Shown in pieces: positions 24,588 to 38,900 of a stretch of 64,000 nt of DNA (position 1 is the first letter of the stretch; every line of letters begins with the position of its first letter). Both the position numbers and the translations under genes were made by a program. The notes under the pieces are model-generated. The model ran no database searches and had not been told where the DNA came from. It saw only the letters and a list, made by a program, of their open reading frames with translations. Origin of the DNA: Ascidiella aspersa (Eukaryota); the NCBI GenBank assembly GCA_963924565.1, contig OZ004610.1, forward strand, positions 12,710,001 to 12,774,000. Direction: 5' to 3'.

Positions 24588-26903
24588 CTAAACGGAAAAA
24601 TAATATGTCATACAGTCGCTTGTATACAAACCACAAAAGGACTTGGATCGCTTTTTAATGTTTATTTTGTTTTGAAGTAGAAGCCTTACTGAGTAATGAA
24701 CTTTTTTATAGTTGACGTTACACATATCATAGCAAGGTTTTTCCTTCAGCGTAAATTTTGTTCATTGTATAACAGTGGGTAAGATTCAGTTTAACTCTGG
24801 GTATACCAACCCGACTGTTTACAATTACCAGATATAATTAGAATCCTAAGATACTTCATTGTGTCTTCTTCTGGCTTGAAAAATGCAAAACAACATCAAC
24901 TGCTTACGTTTTATTCAATCGATGTAAAACCTGCGAAATCCCTTAAACTTAAATCATATCAGACTTTAAAACCGAGGCGATACTAACGACAAAACCGATA
25001 TTTCTTGGTTTGTCTTTTACGTATTTCTTTTTTTTTGCTTATGTCTAGTTTTTGTTTTTTATGTTTTGTTTACCCCTATTACAGGAGCTGCATTCCCTTA
25101 ATCAAATTGATTTTTTGCGGTATTTTTTAACGATAAACGTGTTCATCCTATTATATATATATATAAGTAACAACCAACCTTAACAAAAAACTGGGGTTTC
25201 ACAAAACACGAGTTATAAGCCAAATTTATGCCTTTAAAATATAAAAAAGCATTTTCCGATTAGTCACTAAGGTTGGCCCACTGCTGAATTTTAGTCAACA
25301 GTTTGTCAATACAAAAGAGAATGTTTTTTACGACTGCACTACGATAAATCCGTTCTATTAGAAAAAAATGTTAAACCAGGATTTGGGTTTTTATAAGACC
25401 GTTTTTAAGGTAATAATTCAACAATCTCTATTGGTTCGCTCTTGCAAGTTATTACCCTATTTATGAAAACAGTTGCTTTAAAGGTTGCTGTATAACTCTC
25501 CTTACTTGTCTTACTATTTACAACATTAACATAAGATTATTTTTCTGTTTATTGATAAAGTATATGTGCGCTAATTTATATATCTGAGTTATCATGCTAG
25601 TACTATATAAAAACGCGTTATAATTTCAAAGCCGTGGTCAAAATTTAGTAGTCATTTATTCGAAATATGTTATTATCTTATGTGAGGGTTCATTATGGGT
25701 TCGTTCAGATTAAAATAACCTACTAAACCTGCCTATATGTCGTATTGCACACATTTTTTTAAACATTTTTTTTTTTTTTAAGATTTTTCTTTATTTTTAA
25801 ATGAAAAATAAAAAGCGTCGGTTAAAATGCGTACTTTCTTCTATACTTAAGCCCATTCCCTTGCACATTTCTAACATGTTAATGTCGGGACCAGAACGGC
25901 ATTAACTTGCAAAGCAAAAACCGCCCAACTGTTTAATTCGCCGTATACGTTCGGCTTTATATACAAGTGGTGTTTGCGAGACTTGAAGTAGTCTGTTATT
26001 TGCCGCTGCGGTTGCCAACGACCATCGGGAGAAACGGTCGACCATCGGCAAGCCCGAACGAAGTATGAAATATTGTATCAATTACAGAAGTTCTTTATAT
26101 TATACACCAACCGAACCCAAGTCCTGCATGAAAATATAACAAGGAGGCACAATAACCTTAGCATTTTGACCAAAAATAAACCTTTTAAAACGGCAGTCGT
26201 ACAATAGTTATGGGACGACTAAGGGTGGCAGTAAAATAAACTAGCGTATATAGTTTTCGTGCAGGAATTTAAATTAGCTTCCCAGCGCAGTGCTTATAGA
26301 CTACGTAGGCTATATTGTGGATCAGAACGAGGTTGCTTGTTCTGTATTAACGTTTTATTTGCACACTATGACTAAGTATTTTCCGGCATTCACTGCAAGG
26401 TAAACCATAAAGCCAACTATAGCCAAGAGCATAAAATTAGTCGCCACTAAGAACCGTTCGTCGGTAAAACCATGGATAAAAAAGTTCTGATCGGTTTAAG
26501 TCAGAGTTTTTAAATTGCAGTAAACCTTCAGGCTAACTTTTTAACACTTTGAGAAAATGCTCGCCATGTCAAAGAAAAGTACTAACAAAACATATCCTCG
26601 TCACGATGGCGTCAATTCTTATAAATTAATTTTCTGATCTAATTAATCATTCATATATTTGGGGCTTCCCCGTTATTTAACTTTCCCAATGTTTTCGTTC
26701 TTCTAAAATGCAAATCATGTGCTAAATTACTGTTAGATATCTTTTCTATATTTATGTCAAATAATTAAATTTAATTAAATTTAATTTAAGTTAAATTAAA
26801 AATAATTATAGTTAAAAGATGACAACTTTGATGATTTGCTAGAAAGTTTAGATGGGATAAATTAAAGTTTTAGTTATCATGAAAAATCATCTAAAAAGCT
26901 AAT

Positions 26904-29900
26904 ATGAAATTGTTGAAACCTGACTGGGTTTCACATGACGGTAGGTGGTACCATGTACTACTAGTACTAAATTATTGATTTCAACAACAAATGTATTTTA
27001 AAATATATTATATCGATACATTTACATTATACAAGTGGCAAAATTTAACATCATAACAACCCTTTGTTTTAATGCTACTCAACCTGATTGCATTCCAGTG
27101 CCTTCCCGCCAAAGATCTTTGGCTTGGTAAGCTAGCCCTAAACTACGTCTGAGGCACCATTTGGCGAAAAAAATAAATGTCACAGCACAATAAAGCATTG
27201 TATTTTGGCATACAGTAACCAGTGGTTCTTAACCTTTTCCCTGGCTGCACTCCCTATAAATCACCAACCAATTCTCGCACCCCTTTTAGAAGAACAAAAT
27301 CATTGTAATTTAATTTTTATACAATCAACTATTAACACAGTAACGTTCTGTGTAGCATCCCCGCACCTCCTTGGAAAAGTTTTCACACCCCTCAGGGGTT
27401 TGAGTACCCCTGGTTAATAAACCCTACAATAACTGTTTTGTAGAACTTTGGTTGCCACAAATTATGGAATGTAGTCACAGCTCAAAAAGCCAAGGTGATT
27501 TCAGGGTTGCACATGGCCATGATACTCAAACTGGATACTTTTGATGCTGTTCTTAAATCCTACCACATTTTCGTCATGGTTTTATGTTACTAACATTAGG
27601 GTTTGTGTGGGTCAAGTATTATTATGAAATTTATTTATTTCTTGCAATTTAAATTTTGACAACTTATTTTGTAACTGTAAAAAAGTGTGAGATGCTAGAC
27701 CAGTGCCATTTTTGGGCTAGTTTTTTTTAACTACATCAATGCAAACATTTCAAACGTTCTGTTTGGTGTTCTTTAGGTTACGTTTTTGTGACGGCATGCT
27801 AAGATATACCTTTGTGACCCCCCTCCCACTCAAAAAAAAAGAAAAGAAAATTAAAATCATGAATTTTAATATTTTAATGCACTTTTTATTTTTTAATTTG
27901 CCAATCAATTTCGTTTTCAATCATAAAACGTTTGTAACATCTTGTTCTACTCCCCGTGTAGGGCAGCCAATATTTGCCATAGACATTCACCCCGATGGGT
28001 CCCGGTTTGCCACTGGAGGTTTGGGAGATGGCGGCAGCAGTGGAAAGGTTATCATTTGGAACATGACACCGGTGATTAACGAACAAGATGAGGAAAATGA
28101 TACCATTCCGAAAGTTCTTTGCGTCATGAACAATCATTTAGGTTAAATAAGTTAATCTTGTAACAACTTTTAATAATCCCCCACAAAAACTTAATAAAAA
28201 TAAAAAAATACAGCAGTGCAAAACTTTTATGATCTGTGAATTTTATATTTTGTCCATATATTACTTTAAGTTTAACATAGTTTTTTATCCATGTTATTTT
28301 TTTTATAAAAAATAGTAGTAAGTCATTTTTAGTTGTGAAAATTTGTTTAACTTGTACTTTTTGACCATTGGCTGAAATATTTGTTGCAGCTTGTGTGAAC
28401 TCTGTAAGGTGGTCATGCAACGGGCGGTACCTAGCATCAGGTGGAGATGACCGTCTCATAATGATTTGGCAATTTGCAGGTAGGCAACTTCAACTTTTTA
28501 TTTGCGCTTAAATGCAATGTAATTTTCCCCCAAAATGCCATGTCATGTTCCAAATAATGCAATGTCTAAGTCACTTAAACATATGTTGATAAAAGGTTGT
28601 TTTATCTTATGTAGAAATATCATTATTAATGTTAAGCGTTACCTAAAGTGTTGACTTTGCCTAAATACTTTAGGATATGGGGATGTCGGCAGTTTTGGTG
28701 ACCCTTCCAAACTGAAAAGCACAGTGGGGGAAAGATGGAGATGCACTCATACCCTAAAAGGTCACACTGGAGGTAAAATATCTCACTTTTTTTATTTTTA
28801 GTATAGAGTGTTGGAATTTTTATACAACAGTGTTAAGTTGGTGCAATACACAGATTATTTCTTACGATGGGGGGCAGATATATAATTTGGAGGAAAATGA
28901 CTTTATTTAAGAACTTTTTGGGCAGCCTTTATTTGAAATTTTTTTTAATAGATGCCTGGCATCAAGCGTTTGTTATGCATATGCCAAGTGCAACCACATG
29001 ATTTTTTTAAGACAGTAGTGATATATTGTGTAACATTGTATTTAAAAAATACAAATTTGTTATGATTTTACTGGTGCTGTTGTGTAGATGTTTTGGACCT
29101 TGCCTGGTCACCTGCAAACCAATGGCTGGCCTCCTGCAGTATAGACAACACCGTCATGATTTGGAATGCTGAGAAGTTCCCAGAGTCCACAGCAGTTCTT
29201 AAGGGTCATTCAAGTTTGGTTAAGGTCCAGATATGTAGTTTATGCCCCTTTAACTAGCGCCCTTACTGTAGCTGAATGATGTCTTATTGTCCAGTTATCT
29301 CTGTTAGTACCCTATTTCTCGATCCCTGGTACACATAGCAGATTATTTTTTTATTTGCTAGCGCCATTGAAATATGACTTTTAATTATTTGCTTCATTCT
29401 TATTTTCCCTCCAATTTCTTTACATTTAATGTTTAGTTTTAGTTAGTTGTATATATATCAACACATGAAAAAATGTCGTTGAGAAAGTAATCTAGAAATA
29501 ATGAATTTAAGCAAACATAACTTAGGTGAAATCCGATTTTTCCTTTTCCAATATTCCCAGGTTATGGCAACTATGATTCGCAGCGTGATTAATGGCTATA
29601 CCTATTTTCAAACAAGTTTTATTATTTCTAAAACCTCAAACTCACTCCACTTGTTGCAGACATTGCTAGTTCTACTATTAGCCATTTTTAAATCGTTGTT
29701 TACACAGGGTGTTACTTGGGATCCGATTGGGTCATACTTGGCTTCTCAATCTGACGACAAATCAGTAAAAATCTGGAAGACGCTTGACTGGAAATTGGAA
29801 GAAACTATAACCGATCCATTTACTGAGGTTTGGAAGAACGCAAATCTAAAACATATAAAATATACCTATCATCGTGTCTAAATCTGTGGTATGTGATTTT

Positions 29901-32900
29901 GCATCGTTTTTGTCTCAAAGTTTTTATATGTTGCCTTCACTTCAAAATGTAGGTCTACCATAGGTTAGATCAGCGCTTCTTAACCATGTGCCATGGAACG
30001 TTGCCAGTGGAAAAATATCTAAAATGTAAAGAATATGTTTTTATCATTTGTATTTTCCATTTTGACTTAGCTCATTCATTCAACAGTTATTTAAATATAA
30101 AGCAACTATGAGGCCTATAAAATACAAACTTGTAAATGTTTCATAGGAAATACCGGTCTAGCCAAACAATTAAAGATCGCTTTGCTCGCCAGGTTCGCCG
30201 CCAGGTTTTTGGAGGTCTGTAGGTGCGCCATGAGTTAATTAATCACTGGCTTGTTAATATTTAGTGCACAGCCACCACACACGTGCTCCGTTTAAGCTGG
30301 TCACCGGACGGGGGTTATCTGGTATCGGCACACGCAATGAACAACTCCGGCCCCACCGCGCAAATTATTCAGCGCGAAGGCTGGAAGACGGACATGGACT
30401 TTGTTGGACACCGAAAGGCAATCACATGCACGAGGTTGTATACCGCTTTACACAAGTCTTGTGTATCTGTAATACGGAATACAGTTCTACAAAGTTCTTT
30501 TGTAGCATGTGTTTTTTGTTTATACTTGTTCAACGAAGCAAATTGATTTTAAATGTGTCATTAAAGTCTTAACCTTAATTTAAATTCCCGAATGTAAATG
30601 ATATTATAGGCATGATCCTGTACAAAACACGATATTGTATTAACTGACCATCTTTTATTTTAAAACATTCTAAATACCTCATTAAGAAGTCTTCCCTAAT
30701 ATAACAAACATAGAACGGTCAACCCAAACCAAACCATACCCAAACCATACCCATAGGAAAGTATCATAAAATTCAAACTTATTCCGTTAATTTTTATTTG
30801 CTTGTTCTGACGTAAAATGCACATTCCGACGGCCCTTACTTATTTAGTGCCATAACATGAAAAAACGAACGCCCATTAGGACATGTTTTGACCTCTTCTT
30901 GGTCTTCTATCAATTTGTAAAAACCTAATATTATATATTTGTTTTAACAGTTAGGTAGGTAACGCAATCTTGAATACAAGTTTTGTAAAACGAGATTTTG
31001 ACGTTAACATATCTTAACCAATTTTGATCAATAGTTAATATATCTTAACCATTCGGAATACCGTAAAAACGTATTTAAAATGTTTTACTCGACCTATATA
31101 GTCCTAAACATAAAAAGATTCGTGTCCAGCACATTAACCTCGACTTATACGTTTTCGACGCTTGATCACAGCTGTGTATGTATAGTCAAACATCCAAAGT
31201 GAAGTGTTATTTATTTAGTTTACGCGACTCTTTTTTGTGGAAATGCGACTTTTTCCAACGTGTATATGTTTTCCTGTAGGTTTAACGGCTGTGTGTTTTC
31301 CAACCCTTCTTCCACGAAGGAAGACAAGAAGGCCTCTTCCCTGCCGTACACCTGCTGTGCGGTTGGAAGTCGCGACAGGTCGCTCTCCGTGTGGCTCACT
31401 TCGCTGAGACGCCCCCTTGTGGTCATACACGACTTGTTCGACGACTCGGTGATGGACATTTCGTGGTAAAATTTTTGGCTTTTATTTTAATGGTATAATT
31501 TATAGCAGTTTTGTAAACAAGTCATTTTGAAATGACTTCAGACCCCGTCAAGTCATTTGTGAAATACCTCAAGTCCGAGTCAAATCTTTCGAAAAAATAA
31601 CAAGTGAATGATTTTTATAGCTAGTCAACTCCAAGTCAAATCACTGATATAAATGTAAATTGATAAACGATTAAAAAAATTAAGTCCGATAATTAAAATG
31701 AGTAATAACCTTACTAAAAAAATATGTAGCGTTATAATCGTTTTACCCGCAAAAAGTGGCATAAATAGTTCAAATTTATAATAAAATGTGAAATCCTTAT
31801 TCCAACCCAAGTCATTGGATTCGACCACTTAAGTCGAAATCAAGTCATTTGACAGTGACATAAGTGCACTTAAGTCAAGTCATTGATTTAAGTCATTACA
31901 ACACTGAGTTATAGCTCTGCGGTGACATAGATTTCAAATTACGTATTGCGACACCCTGATTAAAAGTCGCCATAAAGTTTAACCTAATTTGACAACTTTT
32001 TAAATAAATTTTAAACAGTCAGTTTATTTCTCGCTAATTCTGTTATGTTACTATATGAAGGGCTTTTACGGGATACCATCTTCTCTGCTGCTCATGGGAC
32101 GGGACGGTTGCCTACGTTGGTTTCGACAAACCGGAAATCGGCCAAACGTTAACACAACAAGAAAAGGTAAGTCCAAAAATCAGCGTCGAAAAGGCACTTT
32201 AACCAAATAAGGCGTTCTATTCAAAAAAGTGTTTCCGACTTAAGTAACCGGTAAAAGAACGGTGACTTTAAGATCTTAGGGTGAAGTTTTTCACTCTATA
32301 AATCTCATGCTATTGGTGTTGGTGGAAAATTTAACGCTTAGGAGTTTTATTTCCACCGTTTTTCACATGCTGGTGGAATTTAACACCATTTTTTTACAAC
32401 TTTCCACCCAAACGTGGATTATTACAAACTCCAAATTTTACAGTGTGTGCTTATTTTTCTCCTCCCGGTAGAACAAATTGCACAAGGACACCTACGGAAA
32501 GACGTCGTGCGTGGCCCAACAGCCCCTAATCATTGAGAACCCGGCCATGCTCGCCATTCAGCAAAAGAAGAGCGACCAGGCTGCAGCACAGGGCGATCAG
32601 GTCGACACCAAGACCTCCCCAACGCCACACAACTACCCCGTGAGTGTTGCTTTAGGGCAGTGTACCTCAGGCCTTTATGGCTAGCTGCCACCCTCCGAGA
32701 TAATAAATAGATAACGACACCCCTATAAGTTTTTTTCTGTAGGTAATTCATTAGAATGTCACAATAAACGGAAGTGGAACAACACACATCGATTCTACAC
32801 AACGTAGAAATTTATAATTGAATTTATTCAACTCTACTTTTACACAAAAAGTTGAGCAAAAATCAGATTCTTAAAGATTCCCAAATATGTCGCGGCACCT

Positions 32901-35900
32901 TAATGATTAGAAATTGCACCACACTGTACCGCGGCACCCCGGTTGAGAACCACTGTTTTTTAGGGGTTGTCGACTGCCTTTGCACTTCCAGCAAGCCACG
33001 CCTGGCTATAGTTGCGATGTTCGACGCGATCGACACAAGTAATCGAATGTCCGCCATTTTATTATTATGTACGCTGAGTTTGGGTTTCGACGATACGATA
33101 GATTACTCTGTAAATCGAAATCTACTTCTGAAGTATGCGGATTTGTAATTTAAATATTTATTTTATATTCGAACGAAAATTGTTTTATTGATAGAAATAG
33201 GTAGCCTAACGTATTAACGATTTTTCAATTCTGTGACGTAACCCTTGCAAAAGTAACTGCTCGAGCGAATGACTTGATAAATGACACTTGTAGAACCTCA
33301 CCACTTGACCATTCGAATATATAGCGATTTTATTTTGATTTTTAGTGTTTATAACATTTAAATCAGGCTTGTCCACCTAACATTTGTCGTTTCTCCAACT
33401 ATACTTGGTATGAAAAGCAGTATCCAAATACATTTTTGATTACGTGTACAACTTACTCACTTAACTGTTTTTTATGTATGTTGGCCGAACATTCGACTTT
33501 ATATTTTATCCAACATTTCATATTATATTGAACACAACAGTTGTTGAATCGTCCCAGCTATTATAACGTTGTTTGGAACATAACAATCCTATTTTGTTCG
33601 ACAGACGAAGCAGATCGAAACAAGAACGGCAAACGGAAAACGCCGAATTATTCCGGTCTTCGTGGCACCACAAGAAGCCCTTGGGTAAATATTAAATACC
33701 TTTGAAGGACACAAGAGTTATTCAAACTTTACACTTTACACGCCCTACTGGTGTGTCTGAAAATCTCTTATCCATTGTAGTGCTTTGCGCCTTTCAAACA
33801 TTTCTAAATTGACCTTTAAGGTTGGGTGTAGTTTTATGAGGTGGATTTAATACCAAAAAAGCTACGTTTGTTAAACATGCATGGAGGGCAACTAACATAA
33901 AGTAAACCAATTTTGTTCACCAAATTGTTGGCAAGCCGTCCTCGACGAAACCTCACTCCTTTAGAAATTATTTAAAATCACGGTCAATGTATTTTTATAA
34001 CTCGACAAATGTTAATTTTTAAAGAACTTTAATTTAGGTTGTTGTAATCATTCCGTTAATGCACTTTGTTGTTGTTTTTAGTGGCATCCCTTGTCCGTTC
34101 GGCACTAACACTTCTTTCGGCCGCCCTCCCTCTACTTCATCATTGACAGGCTCCGCTCAAAAAGTAAGCCCGAACTATGTTTACAAATGTACCTGTATGC
34201 TTTTACTTTATTTCGCAAAAAAATTATAACAAAAAACTTATTTTATTTTAAAACTCAATCATTATTTTAAAGGTTACCCTCTATTTTGCTTTTAAAGTCA
34301 CACACATCAACATTGTTTTCGTGATAAAGGATCCGTTAATCTATAAAAAAAAAACGATCCGTCAGAAATTAGTGCAGTTCTAAGCAAAAATGTCTACGAC
34401 AATTAGTGCTTTCATTGAATCAGAAATGTTGACTTTTATACTTTGTTGACAATGCACTAATTTAACTTAGGAACTTAACTATCTTATGCCCAGGTTTTTT
34501 TTAAGGTTTGGTTTGGGTGACCGCTAAGTAGTTTTAAGAGACCGCAAGTGTTTCATTTAAATACCAAAATGTTGCAAGTCCAAAATTTGGGAAACCGCTG
34601 GAGAAATTTGGTTTCGGTTCCCCAAAACACCTTAAAAAAAAACACTGCTTATGCCCACCCGAGTTTGGGTTTTTATTCCAGCATTCAAATAACTATTAAA
34701 ATAACGCACATTATTATAACGAATCGGGTGAAACAAACCACTAAACACGTCTGATCAAAACCGTAATATTGTATCATTCTGCTTTTCTTTATAGTCGTTG
34801 ACATCTCCACCTGGCGCCATGGAAACATCACCGATGAAAATCAACAACACCTCTCAAGATGGCGTTAAAATGATGGTCGATGAAAAGACGCCAGAGCCGA
34901 AGCCACCGTCTGATTTACCAGGTGTAATTTTCTTGCTCGCGGATATAGTTTTAAAATTAATTAGGCTGGCAGTTTTGCAAAAATGGAAAAAAAATGATCA
35001 AAAATGGATTAATTTCTCTGTCGTTTGTTTCTGTCATTTTTGGTCTACCAATGTCGGACTTAATTACAAAAAGTAAGAAAAAGTAAGGGTTATCTAGTTA
35101 AGGGTTTTGGTTGGTGTTACGTGTTAATTAAACACATAAAAGTCATGTGTGTAACAGCTGGGTTTTTTCGATTGCCCAACAAGGTTTTTAAGGAGCGCTG
35201 ACTATAATATGTACAATTGTACATGTTTTTAATTTAAATGCGTATTCTCATTTAATTTTGTGAAGAACCAAGTCCAAACGAAAAGGTCGGAACCGATAAG
35301 AAGAAATCTCCTCAAAAGCAGGCCAACGGGGATGTTGAACAGGTGCTCTTCCACACTTTAAATTGAACTTATGAAAAGGTAGATTTTAAATTTGTGTTTT
35401 TTTCGCGCAGAAGCGAAAGGCTGTGCTGGACAGTCGGCTCTGTGAAAAGTCGACGGAGTCCAACGCCTCTGAGAAGGGCAAGACCGTTCAGCTGCCCACG
35501 TTTCTTTCGCCAAGCAGGTTTGTACCGCTAATTTAAGCCTTGTATGCATACTTGGCTATTTCATAAAACGCTTTTCCCGTTTTCCGACCATTTGGCTCTA
35601 TTTTTGTCGTATTTGACCGTGACATGGCCATTGGGCACTGATGATTTAACAATTAATTTGTCCGATTTCAATTTTATGTGTATTTGATATCATATTATTT
35701 TTCAACCTGCTTTTATCGTGGAGAAAGGCATTTTCAGTTTTATGCGGTGCCATACTATTGTTTAAGCAAGATCCAAAACTTCTAATAGAATACAGGCAAT
35801 TTCACAAAATTAAACATTTTAAGCCAAACCAAAATCCTAACTAAAACTGATAGCAGAGAATTCCGATTGCCACCGTGGGTTTAGTACCACGTACAACACT

Positions 35901-38900
35901 CCTCTTCCATTTTAAATCATTCTAAGGTTGTCATTTTGATCGTGTGTTTGTCCGTCGTTCAACTAATCGTGGGTTGCTCAAAGAGTAAAAATAAAGAGTA
36001 CAATATTTATATATACATCAAATAAGTTGGGCGAGTTTGGTCTCCCCTTCTTCATAATGGCGTAACTCGTACCATTGCCTAAGCTTTGTATAGTTGACAT
36101 TATTTTCCAGCAAAGAGCTGGACAAGCGATCGCCGCTCCAAGAACCCGCCGCGCCCCCCGCCAAGCCCAACAAGGCCCCTTCCGCAGCGGCCCCCTCGCC
36201 CAGAAAACCGGGCCGGCCACCGCTTCATCTGTCGCGCAAGGTCAACGGCGCCGGGGCTTCCCCGGTGCGCAAGCGGCCCTACAAGCAATTGCGAAAGGAC
36301 CACGTCAAGCATTTTTCCGGCGGCATCGGCGACGCGGCTTCGGTTGAACAGCAAGCGACGGTTAGTGAGGCAAGTCAACAAAGTTGAATTTGACTTATGG
36401 GTGCAAAAGTAACGGTTAAAGGTTTTGTTATTCGAAAGCTGTTTGTTCGTAGGTGCCAGGCGCCGGCCACAAGTCACACAGCACACATCATCACGTTACA
36501 CCTCCGTTATTGCCGAGGAATAAGCTCACCAGAAAGATTGCGGTGCAATCCAGGGTAATATGTCAACGTGTTGTACTTTTTTGTGTGTGATAGTGTGATT
36601 TTTTTGGCAATAATAATATTTGTTCACTACAAGGATTGATATTTTTTTTGTTATTTATCTAAAGGTAATATTGATTCAGAAAAAAAGCTTGCTGTAAAAA
36701 ATGAAAGACAACAAAAGTATTATGTGAATAGGTCTACTGCTATCGTTCGGTGAATCTCTAATACCAGTTCGTTTAAAATGTCGCCATTGTGATAATCATA
36801 TTCCAAGAATATACTGATGCTGCCAGGCATTGTAGTAATTGAAAGTCGAACAAAAAAATATTATAACCCCGACGTTTCGATTCCCTATTCGGGCAATCCT
36901 CTTTAATTTCATATAATTATATAACCAAGTAATCGACAAACAATAACGCTTTACTTGGAAAAGTAACTGCACAGATTTTCTATTCTAAAATTTTATTAGG
37001 TTTTGAATTGTCTGAGCTCACTGTGTGGTTTAAACAGAAATTCCATCGGAACAAGACCTAAACCCGTAGAAATAAAAGCTAAATGGCCAGTATAAGGCCT
37101 ATACAACTTTTGCTTAACCCCAAATCACTCCTCCAAATTCATCATTAACTCCACTAATACCTTTAATCCTAAACCAAATTCTAACCCCATGAATTACCCG
37201 CCCCTAACCCCGAACAGGGGTAAACAATTTTGTGCCAAAACAGCGGCGCCCCATCGGCCCCGTTCAAGCAAGGGCGCCCAAATAAAACACCAAGACGGCC
37301 GATGCCAGAAAAGTGTCACTTAACCGTACCATACCCTCTCCCTATTGGTTTAGGCGTTATTTTGTCCATTTCGGCCTTATTTTGGTAAATGAAGGACTTA
37401 ATAGGTCTTATTCAGCCGATTTTAGATCTTACCCTATCGTGGTTATTACTTCTTATTTGGGTTTATTATGTGGTTAACCTTAGTATAATAGATAAATCTG
37501 ATTTAGATATAGTTGCTTTGTATAGGTTTATTGTGTGTTCCGTTCAGGGGGCTTTGCTAACAGTAAGCCTAATATTTTGCAAAAAACTTAAAAAAAAAAC
37601 CCGACTGTAAAAAAATCCCACGCACTTTCTACTGGTTACTGTTTAACTCCGGTCTTAAAACAGATGTCAAACGTTGCTCTTGATACTCTTTTATTGCTTG
37701 TTTTGCTTTTACCGTTGCGCCACCGTTCGTCGAATTTTGTTAATCTTTAACCGGTCTTAATTCAGGACTCCGCCGTTCCCCTGGCAACCGTGACCGTCGT
37801 CAACGATCTGACGTCAGACGACAAACCGGTGACGTCATCGCTGCAGAAGGTCAGCTGCTCGTGCGAAAAGGAGGAACGGTGGAGCACGGTTATGACGTCA
37901 CCGGCGGTCTGTCTGCACATAAGCGAGTGAGTACAATGGACGATACTAAGAATTTATCTAAAATTTACTTAGCGGTTGAATGAATGCCCTATATACCTTG
38001 GCTTTTAAATTTCTTTCAACGTCGACAGCAGTCTGAAAATATTTAATTATTGAAATTTGCGAACCACAACGCAGACAGTGCGTGGCGCTAATTTACCTAA
38101 TTTTAATTATCTACTGTTCACGGAAAGATTTGTAGGGGGTGATTTCATGGCAGTTGTATTTCAATATAGCCTATTGCTATTTGTTAATTATATTAACATC
38201 GGCCTACTAAACATTGATAAATTATTGGAAAAAATAAAACAGTTAGTTATGTTATTAACTGTAAGTTATATTATTACCACTTTATTTGGTGTCAAAACAC
38301 TGAAAATGTATTTTTTGTAACTACTGTTCATAACAATCAATATTTATTCAGAATTTTCTACGTCCGTAATTTGTCGATTTAATAACAAGCTTGCTGTGAC
38401 TGTAATACGCATTGCACATTCCAAAGGCACATCGTGGGAGTCGCATGTTTGGACCATTCCATCCACGCGTTGTCAGTTGCTTCCGGGAGACGCCTCTTCC
38501 CACCGATTCACCTCGGATCATCCGTCGCTCAACTACACTGCAAGGGACACTACTTGATGGCGGTGGACATTGCCTGCAACCTTTCCGTTTGGTAGAAATA
38601 TTTTTCTGAATTTTAGTAAAACCGTACCTTTTATTTTTAACATGACGAAGAAAGCACCTTTTTGAAAAGGAAAAAGGAATGATAAAACGTTCACAAAATT
38701 GTACCTATTTCGATATTAGTTTTGATACTTATCCTACGCATAACTACAGCATTCAGCCAATATCCTCCAAAATATCGCTTTGTTTTAAAAAAAGACTATA
38801 CCTGCAGTATCTCGTTATTATAAAAGAACTGCTTTAGCCACTAAACTTTAGGTCAGTGTCAAAAATCTTTTACACTTTTCATGCGGCATCGTCATCAAGT

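Noticed and set aside
24690-24765. DUOX start exon candidates (ATGs at about 24730 and 24765 with a GTAAGG donor)
   Set aside because: Wrong phase or an in-frame stop relative to the 24587 exon and no signal peptide; the start is left unresolved.
37110-37215. Telomere-like CCTAA/CCCTAACCC tracts
   Set aside because: Scattered, degenerate hexamers inside an intronic repeat, not a telomeric array.
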